In this document: positions 25,501-39,347 of the stretch, in pieces
Layout of the letters: each line of letters starts with the position of its first letter
Numbering within the stretch: the stretch's first letter is position 1
Assembly (NCBI RefSeq): GCF_000143415.4
Contig: NW_003314374.1
Coordinates: forward strand, 500,561 to 564,560
Reading direction: 5' to 3'
Source of the DNA: Selaginella moellendorffii
Taxonomy: Eukaryota > Plantae > Lycopodiophyta
DNA: 64,000 nucleotides
Program-made: the position numbers and the translations under genes
The notes under the pieces: generated by a model
What the model was told of the DNA's origin: nothing
Seen by the model: the letters and a program-made list of their open reading frames with translations, nothing else
Database searches by the model: none

Positions 25501-27190
25501 TGTGGCAATGAAACACTTCTTGTCACAACCCGACCTGAGAGGGAAACAAGGTCGGTGGGCCAATGCTTTAGCTGAGTTTAATTGTGAGATTCTGTACAAG
25601 CATGGGAAGAGCAACATCGTGGTAGATGCGCTAAGTCAAAAAGCGAGCTTGAAGTTGGCGATATCCAGTGTGACAGCAACCTTTTGGGATGATGTGCAGA
25701 CAGCATATGAGACTGATGGTCTAGCACAAGAAGTGTTGCTGAGGAATCTGGAGGCACGAGAAGCTCACTAGAGAGGTGAGCTGCCAACGGAAGAGAAAAC
25801 GGGCTATGCGGAACGCAATAGACTCATCTATTACAAGCAAACGAGGGTGTATGTTCCAGAAGGGGAACTAAAAAAGGTAGCCTTGGAAGAGTGTCATGAC
25901 AGACCTCTTGCGGGACACGGCAGAGTGCCCAAAATGATGGGCTTACTCAAGAGAAAGTACTATTGGCCAGATATGGCTAAGGACGTCCAAGACTATGTAA
26001 AGACATGCCCAACATGTCAGCAGGTCAAAGCTGTGACTAAGGCTAGTGGGGGCTTGTTGGAAAGCATCCCAATTCCAGATCATCCGTGGAAATGTCTTAC
26101 GATGGACTTCATCACGGAACTCCCCCCAAGCGAAGGGTTTGATGCAATATTCGTGGTGGTGGACCGATTTTCAAAGATGGCACATTTCATACCCACCACA
26201 ACGGAAGTGGATGCGGAAGGTGTGGCAAAGTTGTTTTTCAAACAAGTTGTTTGAGTGCGGGGAAGGCTAGAAGAGATTATCTCATATCGAGATAAGATCT
26301 TCACCAGTAGGTTCTGGAGAACTCTCTTAGAACAGTATCGCATCAAGTTGAAATTCAGCACAGCCTATCACCCATAGACAGGTATTGGGTATTAAGTCAA
26401 GTTTGATGGCACTAACACTTCTTGATAGACAGACAAACGGAAAGGGTGAATAGGCAGCTGGAGGATTATTTGCGATACTATGTCTTAGGAGACCAGACTG
26501 ATTGGGTAAGTCATTTGGGACTTGTGGAAATGTGTTATAACAACTCACTGCATTTGAGTATCGGGGTGAGTCCATGGAGAGTTACCCGCAGTGGAGGCAT
26601 TCACAGCGGAAAGACTCAACATTTGGAATCTAGTGAGGGATTCCTTGGAACGGGCTCAACAAAGGCAAACCAAGTATGCGAACCAGAAGCGGTGGGATGT
26701 TGAGTTCCAAGCTGGGGAGAAGGTGTGGCTGAACACCAAAAACCTCAGGCTACCAAGTGGGATCAGCCGGAAGTTGACCCAAAGGTAAAAATGCATGTAT
26801 TCCTGTAAATGAATTGATCTTGATTTCCTTAAGTAGGTTTCTAGGGCCTTACGAGATTGAGGCACGAATCGGTAAAGTGGCTTACCGTCTTCGACTTCTT
26901 TGAGAGATGGGGAAGATACACCCAATGTTCCACGTGAACTTACTCAAGCCGTACTTTGAGGATCCGCTTCGCAAGGACCAAGTAAGACCTTTACCTGAGG
27001 TTATCCAAGGGGAAGAGGAATACGAAGTCGAGGCCATCCTCAAGGCGCGCAAGAGCAAGCGACAAGGACGCGAGGTGAGAGAGTTCCATGTGAAGTGGAA
27101 AGGATTTTCACACTACGAAGCAACATGGAAACAGGAGGAGAACCTAGCGAACGCGTGAGATCTAGTGGAGGAATTTCTACAAAGCAGAAC
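22531..27190 (+). pseudogene. gag-pol of element A with stops, frameshifts and two intron-like inserts in integrase
   Basis: CYNCSEVGHFSREC; LINTSAS (protease Asp to Asn); [24 protein letters not shown]; ETDAS; H-H-CPTC, MDFI, VVDRFSK; YEVEAIL...VKWKGF. Confidence 0.93.
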
Positions 27191-27597
27191 TCTATGTACT
27201 TATGCAAAGTTCAATTAAAGTATCAATTTGTGAAGTTGAGCAATGGCATATGTTAGGACCCAAAGGCGCGCCAAAGGTAAGCTAATTAGCATGGGTTAGC
27301 TAGGTCAACCAGGCATAGGGAAACTACGCCTGACTCCCTGCGGGGATGTTGAATCTGTAGATGTATTCTACGGAGGAGTAAAGCAAGGCTGGGTTCAAGT
27401 CCCAACCCCATACTAAGGCATGGTTAGGTGAGGGGTATAGGGACACCTATATTCCATTGTCATGGGCTCTTGGCCGGGGAGGCTAACTTAGGCACACCAC
27501 TAAGTGGGGGGATGCCCCTAGAGACATGGTCAACAAGTCGTAGGATAAAAAGAGATGTTCGATGTGGGCATCAAACTTCTTCTATGGGTGGTGGAGT

Positions 27598-28629
27598 TGT
27601 AAGGAACCAACTCCCCGAGGTGTCGTAGGCTAAAGGATCCCCGAAAGCATGATTGAAATGACAAAGAGTTCATTGGATGGGACCGAGTCTGAGATCAAGT
27701 CCAAGACTGACTCTGAGACCGAGTTCGAGATGGAGTCCGGAATCGAGTCTGAGGCCGACTTGGAGATCGAGTTCGAGACCGAGTTTGAGACGGAGTCCGA
27801 GATCCGAAAACGGGTCCGAGACCGAGTCAGAGATCGAGTCCGAAGTCAAGTCCGAGATTGGGTCTGAGATCAAGTCCGAAATCGAGTCCGAGACTGAATC
27901 CGAAGTTGGGCTGCAAGGGGTTCCAAAAGTATAGTAGGGATAGTGAGGTCCAGGAACCAGTCTTGAAAGAACTCTCCAGTGGTGCTTCCAATTGACTTGA
28001 GGTTGAGATTGAGGCCGAGGGGCCTTGGGTGGGAGTGAGCATGGACTCAGGTGGTGCCGGAGGGGCCACCCAAGGAAGTGCTCAAGAGCAGCTCCCACTC
28101 CCAAAAGGGAAACCGACTGTGGTGCTCCCAGCTCATGTGGAGTGGTGTCCCATTTGAGTACCTTGTGGCTCATTAGTCCTCGCCCTTCCTAGGGGCTTGG
28201 GCCTTTCCTTCGGGATGAAAGTGGAGGGGGGGGGGGGGGGGGCATACCGGGCTGTCAGGCCATGGTGTTTTGCCCTGGTGTCCCGAAGTAAGTGTTGCAC
28301 CCAAGACTTGGGATTTAGAGGGTCCCATGATCAAGTCTTATGGTACCAAGGGATGTTAGGAACCTGGAGGCTTGGTGTGTTTGGCTGCTTGTGCCTGCGG
28401 GGAGTGTAGCTGAACCTTAAGTCCAATTTAACCCAGGGAGGGGGATTGAGAGAGATTTGGGAATCCGTGGATGGATGGCTAACACTCAGTTGCTCGTGCA
28501 GTGAGAAGCTGAAACCCAGTAGGACTAAGTAGGAGCTATTGGCGAGGGAACTTAGCAAAAGCCAAGGCAGTGTTGAATGGATAGACGAGGTAAACTGACA
28601 AATTGGAAAGGGAAAATTTATGGCTTACA
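27598..28629 (+). repeat. 3' LTR of element A
   Basis: Follows a degenerate polypurine tract; same termini as the 5' LTR; 12-bp repeat array at about 27680-27905. Confidence 0.93.
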
Positions 28630-28634
28630 AACAA

Positions 28635-30870
28635 GTCTTCTGACTAGTGTAACATTGTTTCATGCATAAGCATGAAAGCCCTTAACCATTGACTTTCATG
28701 CAAAGTTATCTCTTTTAACACTCAGGAACTTGTTCCTTAATCTTAATAGCCTCACCTCATGACAAGATTCAAGACCATACTTCTGCTATGCCACTCTAAT
28801 TTTTGCCTAATTCTATAAACCATTTACATTTATCTTTCTAAATGTTAATTTACTTAGAATTATCTTTGGGAACTTTGAAGGGACTCTCTCCCTTAGTTTG
28901 CTAAGGCCTTTCCTTTCACAAGCTTTTTAATCACTATATAGTCTAACATGAATAATTCCATACTTTATATAGCATTACGGTTGTCAATAGCAACACCTTT
29001 AAACACCCTCTTAATTCTCCATTCCTAACTTGCATAACCACTTTTAGCTATACCCTTTAATATTTATAATTCAGTTTTATTCTTTTATTATTTGTTTTTT
29101 GGTTTTACACCTTCCTTTTAGTTATTCTCCTTCTGGCTATGAGGGTAGTTTTGCACTTTCTACCATGCCTTAGTAAGTATTCTTAGGGATGAATTTACTC
29201 AATAATTTAAGGAGTGGTTCTTCAATTTGAGTATACTCACTATGTAATCCCACACACCAGAATTACGTATGCGCCTTTTTATGCGTATTGCTAGCCATGC
29301 TAAAATCCCTTTTGGTTTTGTTTAATTCGAATAGATGGACTTTTCTGTCTCCGCAACTTTGGATATTGGATAGCACCTTCTATCCATTATTAGCTAAAGA
29401 CTTTGTTTCTTAGACTTTATCTAATGCCTTCATGATACCAAACACCACTTCTTGGTATTTTAGAGTGTTTAAGTATCTCAATAATGGTCTTCTTTGATAA
29501 TGAGCATTTCTTTTAACACATTGACTTACTATATCTCAATATAAGTAATTTATCCCTCCAAGGAATATATTTAACCTCCTTATCCCAATAAAAAGTTTTA
29601 GAAAGTTAACTTCCACTAATCCAATTAATTATGTTTGCACCTTTTGCTTAGTTGCCCCATAGTTGACAAGTACTACAACTCATTGCTAGTGCTTCCACAC
29701 CTTCATCATTATCTGGGTCACCACACTCTAACCGTATGCCTTCCAACTTAAGTTATACTATTCTCATTTCCATTGGGATTCCTTTGGCAAGGGGCTTTGG
29801 TGAACCTCACTAACTTGACCTTAAGGCATCATCTTTTGAGACACTTGGGGTCTCTACATTGTTAGCTTCACAAGCTTACTTTCATGATACTTTCCATTTG
29901 TGTTTAGGTCTTTGCCAAGGCCAAAGCAATGATTTCTCATGCCAACTATCAGTTAATATCACACTATAGTGTTCACACACAACTCTATACCAAAGTTGCT
30001 TTCTTCTAAGGACACCTTTTTTATGACATTAGTATAGCACATTCTATCATTAACAAAATACTTATTATTCTTATATTTGGATTTTATTATCCTCCCCATC
30101 CTTTGTATAGTACAACACACCTCAGTCCAAATGTTTTTATTGATCCTTTAGGACCATTCTTTGATTCCACTTAAGTCATCCAGCTTTTTTGGACTTTGTT
30201 AATTTGACGACCCATAAGGTCTTACCCTTATAACTATTTCTAAAATGCTAGCTTATTAAAATATAACTTTTTGTATTTATGTTCTACTCAGAAGGACCAT
30301 ATTTGCAAGTGTTATTCCAACACTTGATTATTCCTTATTCTATATGGGTTAACTTTGCCCCTTAGGACTATCTGTCTATATTATGAGAGTACCAAATCAT
30401 CTTTTAAGTATATCCCAAATTCCTTGGGTTGTTCCAACATTTATTAAAGATAGCCCCGGCTACTATTTCAAGGACCTATGTCATCAGCTATATTTGACCT
30501 ACTACAGTTACTAACTCCAGTCTCAAATTCTTGAGCACCATCCTCAACTTTATAAAGACAACTTTATGACTCCTTTATTGTCTAGGAGTTTCTATCATTC
30601 TCATGATCTAAACTGTAGTTGTTTACTATAACCACATAAATTAGTTTGTTAAGTCAAACACTTATATAGATCACTTCCTTAACTCTTTGAGAAAAACATT
30701 TTACTGTTCCCAAGATCCTAAAGTTGTTCTCTTGTTAGCCCCTTTATATTCACCATATGGCCTACCCATTTGCATGAACTATAGTGGAGAGCTATGTCCT
30801 CTTGACATAGTACTTCTCGAGGAAGGCCCACTACTAGGACCTTCCAATGCTAATATATTTAACCACCAAT
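28635..30870 (-). mobile_element. Old degenerate Ty3/gypsy-like element, right part (RNase H/RT side)
   Basis: Minus-strand relic motifs DYIVSIL (like YIDDIL, ~29240) and YQEVVFGIMKA (like YRVMPFGLKNA, ~29440). Confidence 0.45.
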
Positions 30871-30877
30871 AAAAGTC

Positions 30878-32050
30878 AGATTTGGGATTTAGAGGGTTTT
30901 ATAATCAAACTTTGTTATACTAAAGGATGTTAAAAATTTGGAGGCTTGGTGTGCTTGGCTATTTGTGCCTGCGAACCTTAAATCCAATTTAACCCAGAGA
31001 GGGGGATTGGGAGAGAATTTGAGAATCTATGAATGGATGGATAATATATTATTATTTGTGTAGTGAGTAGTTGAATCCAAATAGAACCAAGTATGAGTTG
31101 GTACAATATGTAAAACCTTGACAAGGGAATTTAACTAAGGCCAAAGCAGTGGTGGTTGAATAGATAAAGTAAACTACTGAAAATAAATATTTATAACTTA
31201 TACGTATCAGAGTATTTTCTATAGTTCTAATAAAGAATAGAAGCAAATTGCTAGGAGATGGCTAAAGCAAAGCATAATTGAACTAATGTAGAGATGGAAT
31301 CTCTTCCAGAGATAGAGCCTCTAGTTGAACAATACATTATGGATGAGGAATCTTTGCATAAGGAAGACTTCAGTGAAGAGATTTCCAAACAAGAGTTTTG
31401 GGGTGAGGTTTGATCATTAAGGTTTAATTGGACACTTTGAAAGGACAGTTGACACATACCAATGCCCTATTAAAGACCCTCGTATACAAGCTAAAGTGTG
31501 ATAAGAAATGAAAGAAAACACAAAAGATTGCAATGTTGGCAGTGTAGAATTTGTTGACCCTTTAGCAGGGACTGAAGCAAAATTAAACAAAGTCGAACAA
31601 ACCAAAGTAAAATCAATTTCTTAAGCAGTTCTTAAGTACAAACCAAAACCCTCACTGCTCTTCAAGGGAGTGAATGACTATAAAGTGGTAGAGGATCGAT
31701 TTTACGATATAAAGAATTACTTTCGAGCATTATGGTTATTAAGCTCAGAAAAGGTCTTATATGCAAAACCATACTTAACAAGTGGTGAAGGTGAGGATCC
31801 GTGCAACTTATGTTTCTCCGAATGCTATTCTGTACTTAAGGGATGAGTTGAGTAAACTAAAGCAAACAGAAACCATTCAAGAATATGTGAATGTATTTAT
31901 GGCCAAAACAATCCTTGTCATGGATATGAGTGACATGGATGCATTCCATGCCTTACTGACCTAGGTTTGGGGTGAGGTAATGCATTAGAACCTAACCAAC
32001 TATAAAAAAGTATCAAATGCAACTATTAAAGTGCATTTCAATGATAATCT
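30878..32050 (+). mobile_element. Decayed second copy of the element A family: LTR 3' part, PBS and gag
   Basis: Colinear with 28308-28629 and 22472-23400 (e.g. LRDELSKLKQTETIQEYVN); differences are largely transitions. Confidence 0.9.
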
Positions 32051-32065
32051 ATGAAAAAAGGATCA

Positions 32066-33720
32066 AAGTCGGAGTTCTTTCATGGGAATCCTAAGGATGA
32101 TATGTACCATTGGTTCGATCACTTCACAATGATTGTTATATATCATTCTTGGGATGATGCTCGACATTTGCATGAGTTTCCCATATCTTTAAGGTATAGC
32201 GCTACAATGGTACAATGGTTTGAGCAAAGCCACTCATAGGGATTAGAGTGTTCTCCCAAACGTCTTCAAATGTGCATTTAGACATGCTGATGATTGTGAT
32301 GATGCCTTCCAACAATTGCATCATCTTTGTCAATGGCCATTTGAGTCGGTGATGCAATTTGGCATCCGTTTCCGAAGCCTCTTGCTTCTTACAAAGCCAA
32401 ATATGTTGGAGCGGATCAAGCTAGGAATGTTGTGGCCAGCATATGAGGTTTGTGAGGCTCAAAAGATTGAGCTATGGATTCGAAGGCTTCGAGAAGAGTT
32501 TGAGAATCTTACATCACTTGCTGATGACTTGCCATTCTAGCATTTACATTTTCAATATCGCCTTGAAAACAACTTTCTTTATTGTGTGGGGACAGATGCT
32601 AATGATCATTTATGGCCAATGGTGCCTTCAATCTTTATTCCATAGTTTCTCTAAGCTTACCATAATTTTCTTGTTCTAAGTGGGTATATAGGACATTGTC
32701 GTGTGACTGAGAAGCTGTGTATGTCTTTCTATTGGCTAGAGATATGCCATGATATTATCCAGTATGTACGTATCTGTGTTTGGTATCAAGCGTTGTAATA
32801 CTCCCCCTCATGCTACAGAAGGACAGTGGAGTCAATTGTAGTTTCCATATAATGTATTCCACGAAATACGATTTTATAGAACATTTTTCACGATCAATTG
32901 CTAGTAATGAAAGTGTTATTATTGCTTCTGACTACTGACTTTGTTGGGTGGAAGTTGATGCTTTTGCTAGCACCTCTGCAACTGCTATTGGATACTTCCT
33001 CTTCAATCAAGTGGTGTTTCAGCATTTTTGTCCAAAACGGATTTTTTTGGATAATGGTCTTGCATTTATGGCTAAGGCATTTCATGTTTTGACATCTTGG
33101 TTAAGGATACGCTACACTTTTGCGAGTGCTTATCATCCACAATCAAACAGTTTGGTAGAATGGCTCATTTGGACGTTCAAAGAGATGATCACGAAATATG
33201 TAAACTTTTAGCATTTGGATTAGGATGGTTATTTGCCATCTCTTTGGTATATATATGTCACAGGGGTGCAGAGTTCTGTTGGTGTTTCACCATATAAACT
33301 CTTATATGGTTATGATCCAATATTATTAATGGAGGTAGGTTTACCTTCACAATTGCCACGAGCTGCTAATGCTATGTTGTGGGATCAATATATGATGAGC
33401 ATTCTTCCACTTATCTGAGCAAAGTGTGCCAAACACTTAGGCTGCGTACAAGTGGGACAACAACGGCACTACAATTCTCACCATCGTCCATCTACGAAAT
33501 ATAAAGTGGATGACTTTGTGTTAGTCTGTTTTTCTTGTCTTACAATATATGGTTTATCTAAGGGGCTTCTTGTTTAGTGGAAAGGACAGTATTAGGTGTT
33601 GTGGCAAGTTGGACCACAAATTTATAAGGTTCAACATGGTCCAACAAGCCAATCCTCTAAAAATTATGCATATGCAACGATTGAAACATTTCATATAAAG
33701 GGATTAAGAATAGTTAATAT
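32066..33720 (+). mobile_element. Gag and integrase fragments of another Ty3/gypsy element
   Basis: FHGNPKDD..HWF gag-like motif; FCPKRIFLDNG...SAYHPQSNSLVE; SPYKLLYGYDP. Confidence 0.75.
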
Positions 33721-36559
33721 CACTTATAGACCACGATGCCTCCTCCTGATGTTCTTCCAGATCCCAACCCATTTACACAAGAACCCTGATGGTCTTCCAT
33801 TATTTTGAGAAAAGGGGATGATGTGGCTACGATGCCATATACTAATATTAGCTAATACTAGTGGGATTTTGGTAGCTATCGGATTGATTTCAATCCGGAC
33901 CACTATATAAGTTAGGGTTTTTAGGCTAATGGATATACACATTTTTGTATTCCATTTTCATATTCCATGCACTTATAGTGCTTTGTAATTTAATAGTTAA
34001 ATGATTTGGTGATGTGCATTTAAAAAAAGAAATATACATATAAATACAAATAATTTTCTAAGCTATGAAGAATTATAAAAGTAACAATTTTTTCTAATTT
34101 TTTTTTTCATTTTATATTATAAAAATTCATTGCACTTTACATGCAGTAACACTTGGTTTACTTAGTAGTAGTGTCAATATTATTTAGTATTTGTATGATC
34201 AATAATTAGAAATATTTTTATAATTTATAAATCAAGATTAATCTTATTTTATATCAATTATTAGATCATAGAATAAAAAGGAATATACTAGACAGTGTTT
34301 AGGGAAGTATATAAATTATAAACATGTTTATAATTATAAATACAAAATTAACCTAAACGAATAACAACAGTTAGATGGTAAAATATCCTAAAATATCCAA
34401 ATATATTCTAGGTATATTCTCTAGTCCCCATTTAGGTTTTTCTTAACTAAACCAAAAAAGAGGCCCATATCAATTGGAAAGTATTTATACATAGTATTTT
34501 TAACAGTTTTGAAATCATCAAATGATCTAAGTTTTGTTTTATGAAACATTATTAAGCATAAAGCTCAATATTAGATGGAGAAATAAAATACACCTGAGGA
34601 ATTACATGTTTTTTCTTCTAGGATTATTTTTTAAAATATATAATAGAAAGGAGTTTCTTCATATATATATAATGTCTTGATCATAAATATTAAGTTATAA
34701 CCATTTTATTAATATTTTTTTCTGACCCTTTTAAAAGTTTTACATTTTAATAATTTGGAAGGTGAATTAGAAGTCATGTTTTACGTTGTGTATTTTAAAT
34801 ATCAAACATTTTCAAACAGCTTCAGGTTCTAAAATATATTGATTATTTATATAAGTTTTTATTTCAGCCCTATGTATTGTTGTTTGCATTTGTATGATAA
34901 CATAATTATATTATTTATAAATATATTTAAATAAGTATTTAATTCTTTTAATAGATGGATTTTTGAATTTTTTACATAAATATTTATTAAAATAAAAACC
35001 TAATTATTATCAATAATATGATCAATGTTTTAAAAAGTACATTAATATAACATCATTGAATTTCATCTTCCATGTAAGGACTATTATAATTTAGGAAACC
35101 ATATAGGCCATATATCATAAGTGAGTTGACTATTTGATAACTTTAAGGTTTTGAATAAGGATCAAGTAATTTTCCTGTTAGATATTGATCAATTATCTCT
35201 AGTTTTATCATCATAAGGATAATATTCCTAAGAAATGACAACTTATAAATCCTCTTTTTTGAAATGAAATTACATAGGAATTTTTTAATTTAAAATAAAA
35301 CACCCAGGATATTCTATCACATCGTCCCTTTAAAGTAATTTAAAAGTTTCCATCTTATTTATATTTTAAACACCAAGATCATCATCTGTAGATTTACAAT
35401 GTATTTCTCATTTTGAACTTAATCTATTATAAAATCTGAAAAATCTTCTAAAACATGAAGTATAAAGTAATAAATAAAGATAAATATAAAATGTATTGAA
35501 ACAAGATAATAAATTATTGACCATAGATAATTTAAATCCATTAAGAAGTACAGTCAAACTATTATAATATTGTGGTTGCATAATTAAAATTCTAATATAA
35601 CTATATTTTATCATTTTATTCTCTTACTTTTGTTAAATTTTAATTTTAATTTTTATATAGTACTATATTCAACCTCACATAGATGGAATTTTAAATTTGT
35701 TTCTTGGGATTGATGGTTTATATATTTGTAATTTGCTTATATGTTGACACTATATAAGTCTACTAACATTTCTCCCTTTCATGTGTTACCTCCTGCTATG
35801 GGTTTGATGTCAATCCCTCTACATTGAGAGTATGGTTGAAGTATTTAGATAAAGTTTTACCAATGTTACATGCACAATATTTAGAGACTTTGATGTGAGT
35901 TTCAAAGGAATTCTTATGATGCACAGCATAACTCAAAAGGTAATCTAGTGTTTGAGCTGATTTGTGGATTTGATCGTACCGAGCAGAGGCTAAATTTAGT
36001 CTACTAGTTTATCAAAGGATTTGGGTGAAACAATATGATTTGTAGCATATGGCACATGTTTCTCAGATTTAACCATTTTCACCAATGACAATATTTGAGG
36101 GAGGACTAGTCATATGATATATATATATATATATAGATACCTCTTAGATATGGTCAAGACTAATTACGCTAATCTAGGTTGCCTAAGTTAGTGACTGTCA
36201 GTTATCAAAAAATGAAAATAACCTCTTCCTTTGAAGAAAATGAAAAAAATTCCCTTTATAATCATATCTCATTTGACATAAATTATTTTGTATGACCAGA
36301 AAAAAATTAGGCAAATCTTACAAATTACACTATATATCATCTTTTATACTTGATAGATTAAAAATAAAATTTTAATTTTGAAAAATAAATTTCTCAGTAA
36401 CTATAATATGTGTATATTATAAGAGAAAATTTTATACTTTTAGTTTATAGATTTTATTAGGATGGAAATTTAAGTCTCCTAGTTTTTATTTTATATTAAG
36501 AAGAGAGATATAAATCTAAAATAGGAAAAGAAGGTTTGGTTTAAGTTGTTTTCCAAAAT

Positions 36560-37050
36560 TTCTATTTATCATCTTAATAGTTTAAATATTGCAAATTTAA
36601 ATACTTCATAATCATGGCTGATAAAAAATTGCTTAATAGTATGCCATTGAGTCAACATTTTAATAACTTTAGAGGCTAGACTAGGACCTTGATATAAAAG
36701 GATGCACTTAGGACAACCATACCATGTGCAAAGCCATAATTTTCTTGTCATATCTGGTAGTTTAGGCACTTCAATCCTCCAAATTTGATAATTAATGATG
36801 ATGTATTAATACCTTATAGTAAACTTTGGAAAATGCCCCATGTTACCAATCCAAATAGACAAGAAACTACTAACAACCCTATGGAGATATTTAATTGCTA
36901 ACACTATTTTCAACACATTATGGTATCCCAAATAGCCAGACATAGGATTATATATGATTATGGAAGAAAAAATTGATAAAACATATTGGTTATACCAAAA
37001 AGTACTTAGCATTATCACCAATATATACTAACATATCCTAAACCACTTTA
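36560..37050 (-). mobile_element. Degenerate integrase fragment
   Basis: YGCPKCILLYQGPSLASKVIK resembles the rve motif FGxPxxIxSDQGxxFxS. Confidence 0.5.
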
Positions 37051-39347
37051 CAAATTTGGCATACATTAAAAAGTAGATATGCTAAATGAGCAAATCTAAA
37101 CACTTTTCAGAAATAGTATTTGGGATCAAAATAAGACTAACACAAATAATTTGATTCTCATTGGGCTATGTCACTCCTTGTTTTACGTCTGGCTTGGGTC
37201 TAAGCCCAAGCTCCACATTGCTCTAGTCGGTGGGGTACCTTCCTCCTTGCATTAATCCACCGGTATGCCAAAATCATGCCAAACACCATCTGACACCATT
37301 TTGCATGTAGGTGCTACATACAGGGAGCTGGTGCTTATGAGATTGTATTGGACCCTTGTTTCATAGCATAACAAGCTTGGAGTTTGGCTTCAAATTTAGG
37401 TGCATTACATTTGGTATTAAAGCAATTGTCTCAAAGATTCCTATCCAACTTTTATCAGTTTTTTGACTCAAGTTGCATACACAGAGACTTTTTTAGTAGA
37501 TCCAAAGAGATCTGTTTAGTATTAGTTGGATTGTACCATTTGGTAACAACATTGTATGCATGTTTAGTTACTGATAGAGGTATGTATGCAGCTAGTAGGA
37601 TGGTGAAAAGTAACTGTATTGATAGACGGACAAATCAAGAGGAAGAAACTCTTGAGGCTAAGTTAAAAGAGGAAGAGCCAAATATTGCAACATTGCAACG
37701 TACAACTCAAGAAGTTGAGATTGAGAATTTATGAAGGAAAGTTCATAAATTGAAAAAGGAAGAGAACAAGAAGTGGAAGAAAGAAATTGAGGCAACTAAA
37801 CCAACTAAACCTAAGCAACTGGACTCCTCTTCAAGTTTTGAGAATAATGAAGTTCCACAACCGCCCCTAGTTGCACGAGTTTTAAAGTTCAAGCCTCCAA
37901 AACCACCCAATTTCAGAGGCATGCAAGACTATCAGGTTTTGGAAGATTAGGTCTAAAATATGGAAAGCTATTTCATAACAATAGACATAAATGATTGTAC
38001 AAAAGTTGTGTGCATGCAATCCTTTTTCATTGATCATGCCAAAATTTGGTAGTGCTAAGTGTGTGCTAAAAAAGGGCAAACAAGAAGTTGGACCAAGATG
38101 CAGTCTCATATCTGTAAGGAATACTTCTTGGTTTGAGACTTTGCATGGAGCTGTAGTGGTTAAAGCAACGCAGACATAAGGAACCGAGCGNNNNNNNNNN
38201 NNNNNNNNNNNNNNNNNNNNNNNNNNNNNNNNNNNNNNNNNNNNNNNNNNNNNNNNNNNNNNNNNNNNNNNNNNNNNNNNNNNNNNNNNNAGAGTGTAAG
38301 GAGGCAGCACAACAAGTTGCCTTTAGTCACTCACTCATGGAACAATATCAGTAGCCGTATACTGGTACCTTAGACAAGAATAAAATTTTTGGGAATAAAT
38401 AAGGTGATCGGAAATAAAGGGTGGAAGGAAAGTTTCGCCCTAGAGGCTCATAAGCAATGGTTAACAAAGGTGGTGGTTAACAATTACTTGTAGCTTCTTT
38501 TGGTCCTAGGCCCTTTATTCCTCCTCCTGGTGGGTACAAGTAGTAGCAATCTGCAAAATCTGCTCCTAGCAGAATGGGTAGCGTGGGTTATTGCTTCTAT
38601 TGTGGAGAGTCAGGATATAGATTTTTGGAATGTCCCAACAAGCATAAAAGAAGGTCTCGTATTAATATAATGAGAGAAGACGGTGGTAGTGAAGTTGAAG
38701 GGGTTAACAAGTTGGTCAATGTAGACTATGAGGAAGAGGAGGTGAATTACTTTCATTACTTTCCTCAAGTTTTTCTCATAGTTAATGAAAATATCTGGTA
38801 GACTTTGTTTGCAAATATTGAATCTAGTTGTTAGGATTGAATGCTGAGAAAATGTCGCCTATACACTTCAGAAGGTGGAAGGTGTTTGCGGAAGGTGGGC
38901 AAGTAGCCAGAAAATTTGTGAGTGATGTTCAAATAAAAATATCCAAGTGGAAAGAAAGGGGATGGTCCAAAGTTGAGTTGAGCTCAATTCAGCTCAAGTC
39001 AATGTTAGTTAACATAGTCAACCATAAGTCTTATAAGGAAATATTAAGTCAGAAAAATGTTATTCTTTGGTGAACTTGAAATTTATGAATTTAAGTATCA
39101 ATGGCTCAGAGAAATTTTATTTTTTGAATCTTTCTAATGCAATTTATATAATAAAATACTGTTTCTAGAATTAGAAGTTCGTCTTTTTGGGCTTTATTGG
39201 TCCCAAATAAAATGGGAATATTAAAGTTTGAATGAACCTAAAATTTTTGTTATATATTTCAACATTTTAACATTTCAACAATTGACCAGAAATATATAAA
39301 TAATTCAAAACACTAATTCACTCATTCATTCTTTAGGGTTTATAGAG

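Larger units (their letters stand above)
20250..28629 (+). mobile_element. Full-length Ty3/gypsy chromovirus (element A), pseudogenised
   Basis: LTRs 20250-22471 and 27598-28629 (TGTAAG...CTTACA); near-perfect TSD AGCAA/AACAA; PBS-like TTGTATCGGAGC after the 5' LTR. Contains gag, CCHC knuckle, protease, RT (YIDD), RNase H, integrase and chromodomain. Confidence 0.95.

Noticed and set aside
26374-26432. ATAGACAG direct repeat suggesting a TSD-flanked insertion rather than an intron
   Set aside because: TSD-style removal (51 nt) breaks the frame and the motif, whereas GT-AG removal (47 nt) restores them. The repeat is explained by two transitions.
27195-27300. Additional intron-like GT...AG stretches after the chromodomain
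   Set aside because: No conserved protein motif is available to test excision.
33900-36550. AT-rich tract, with a faint copia-like RNase H/PPT trace near 35760-35910
   Set aside because: Too decayed to support a call by eye.
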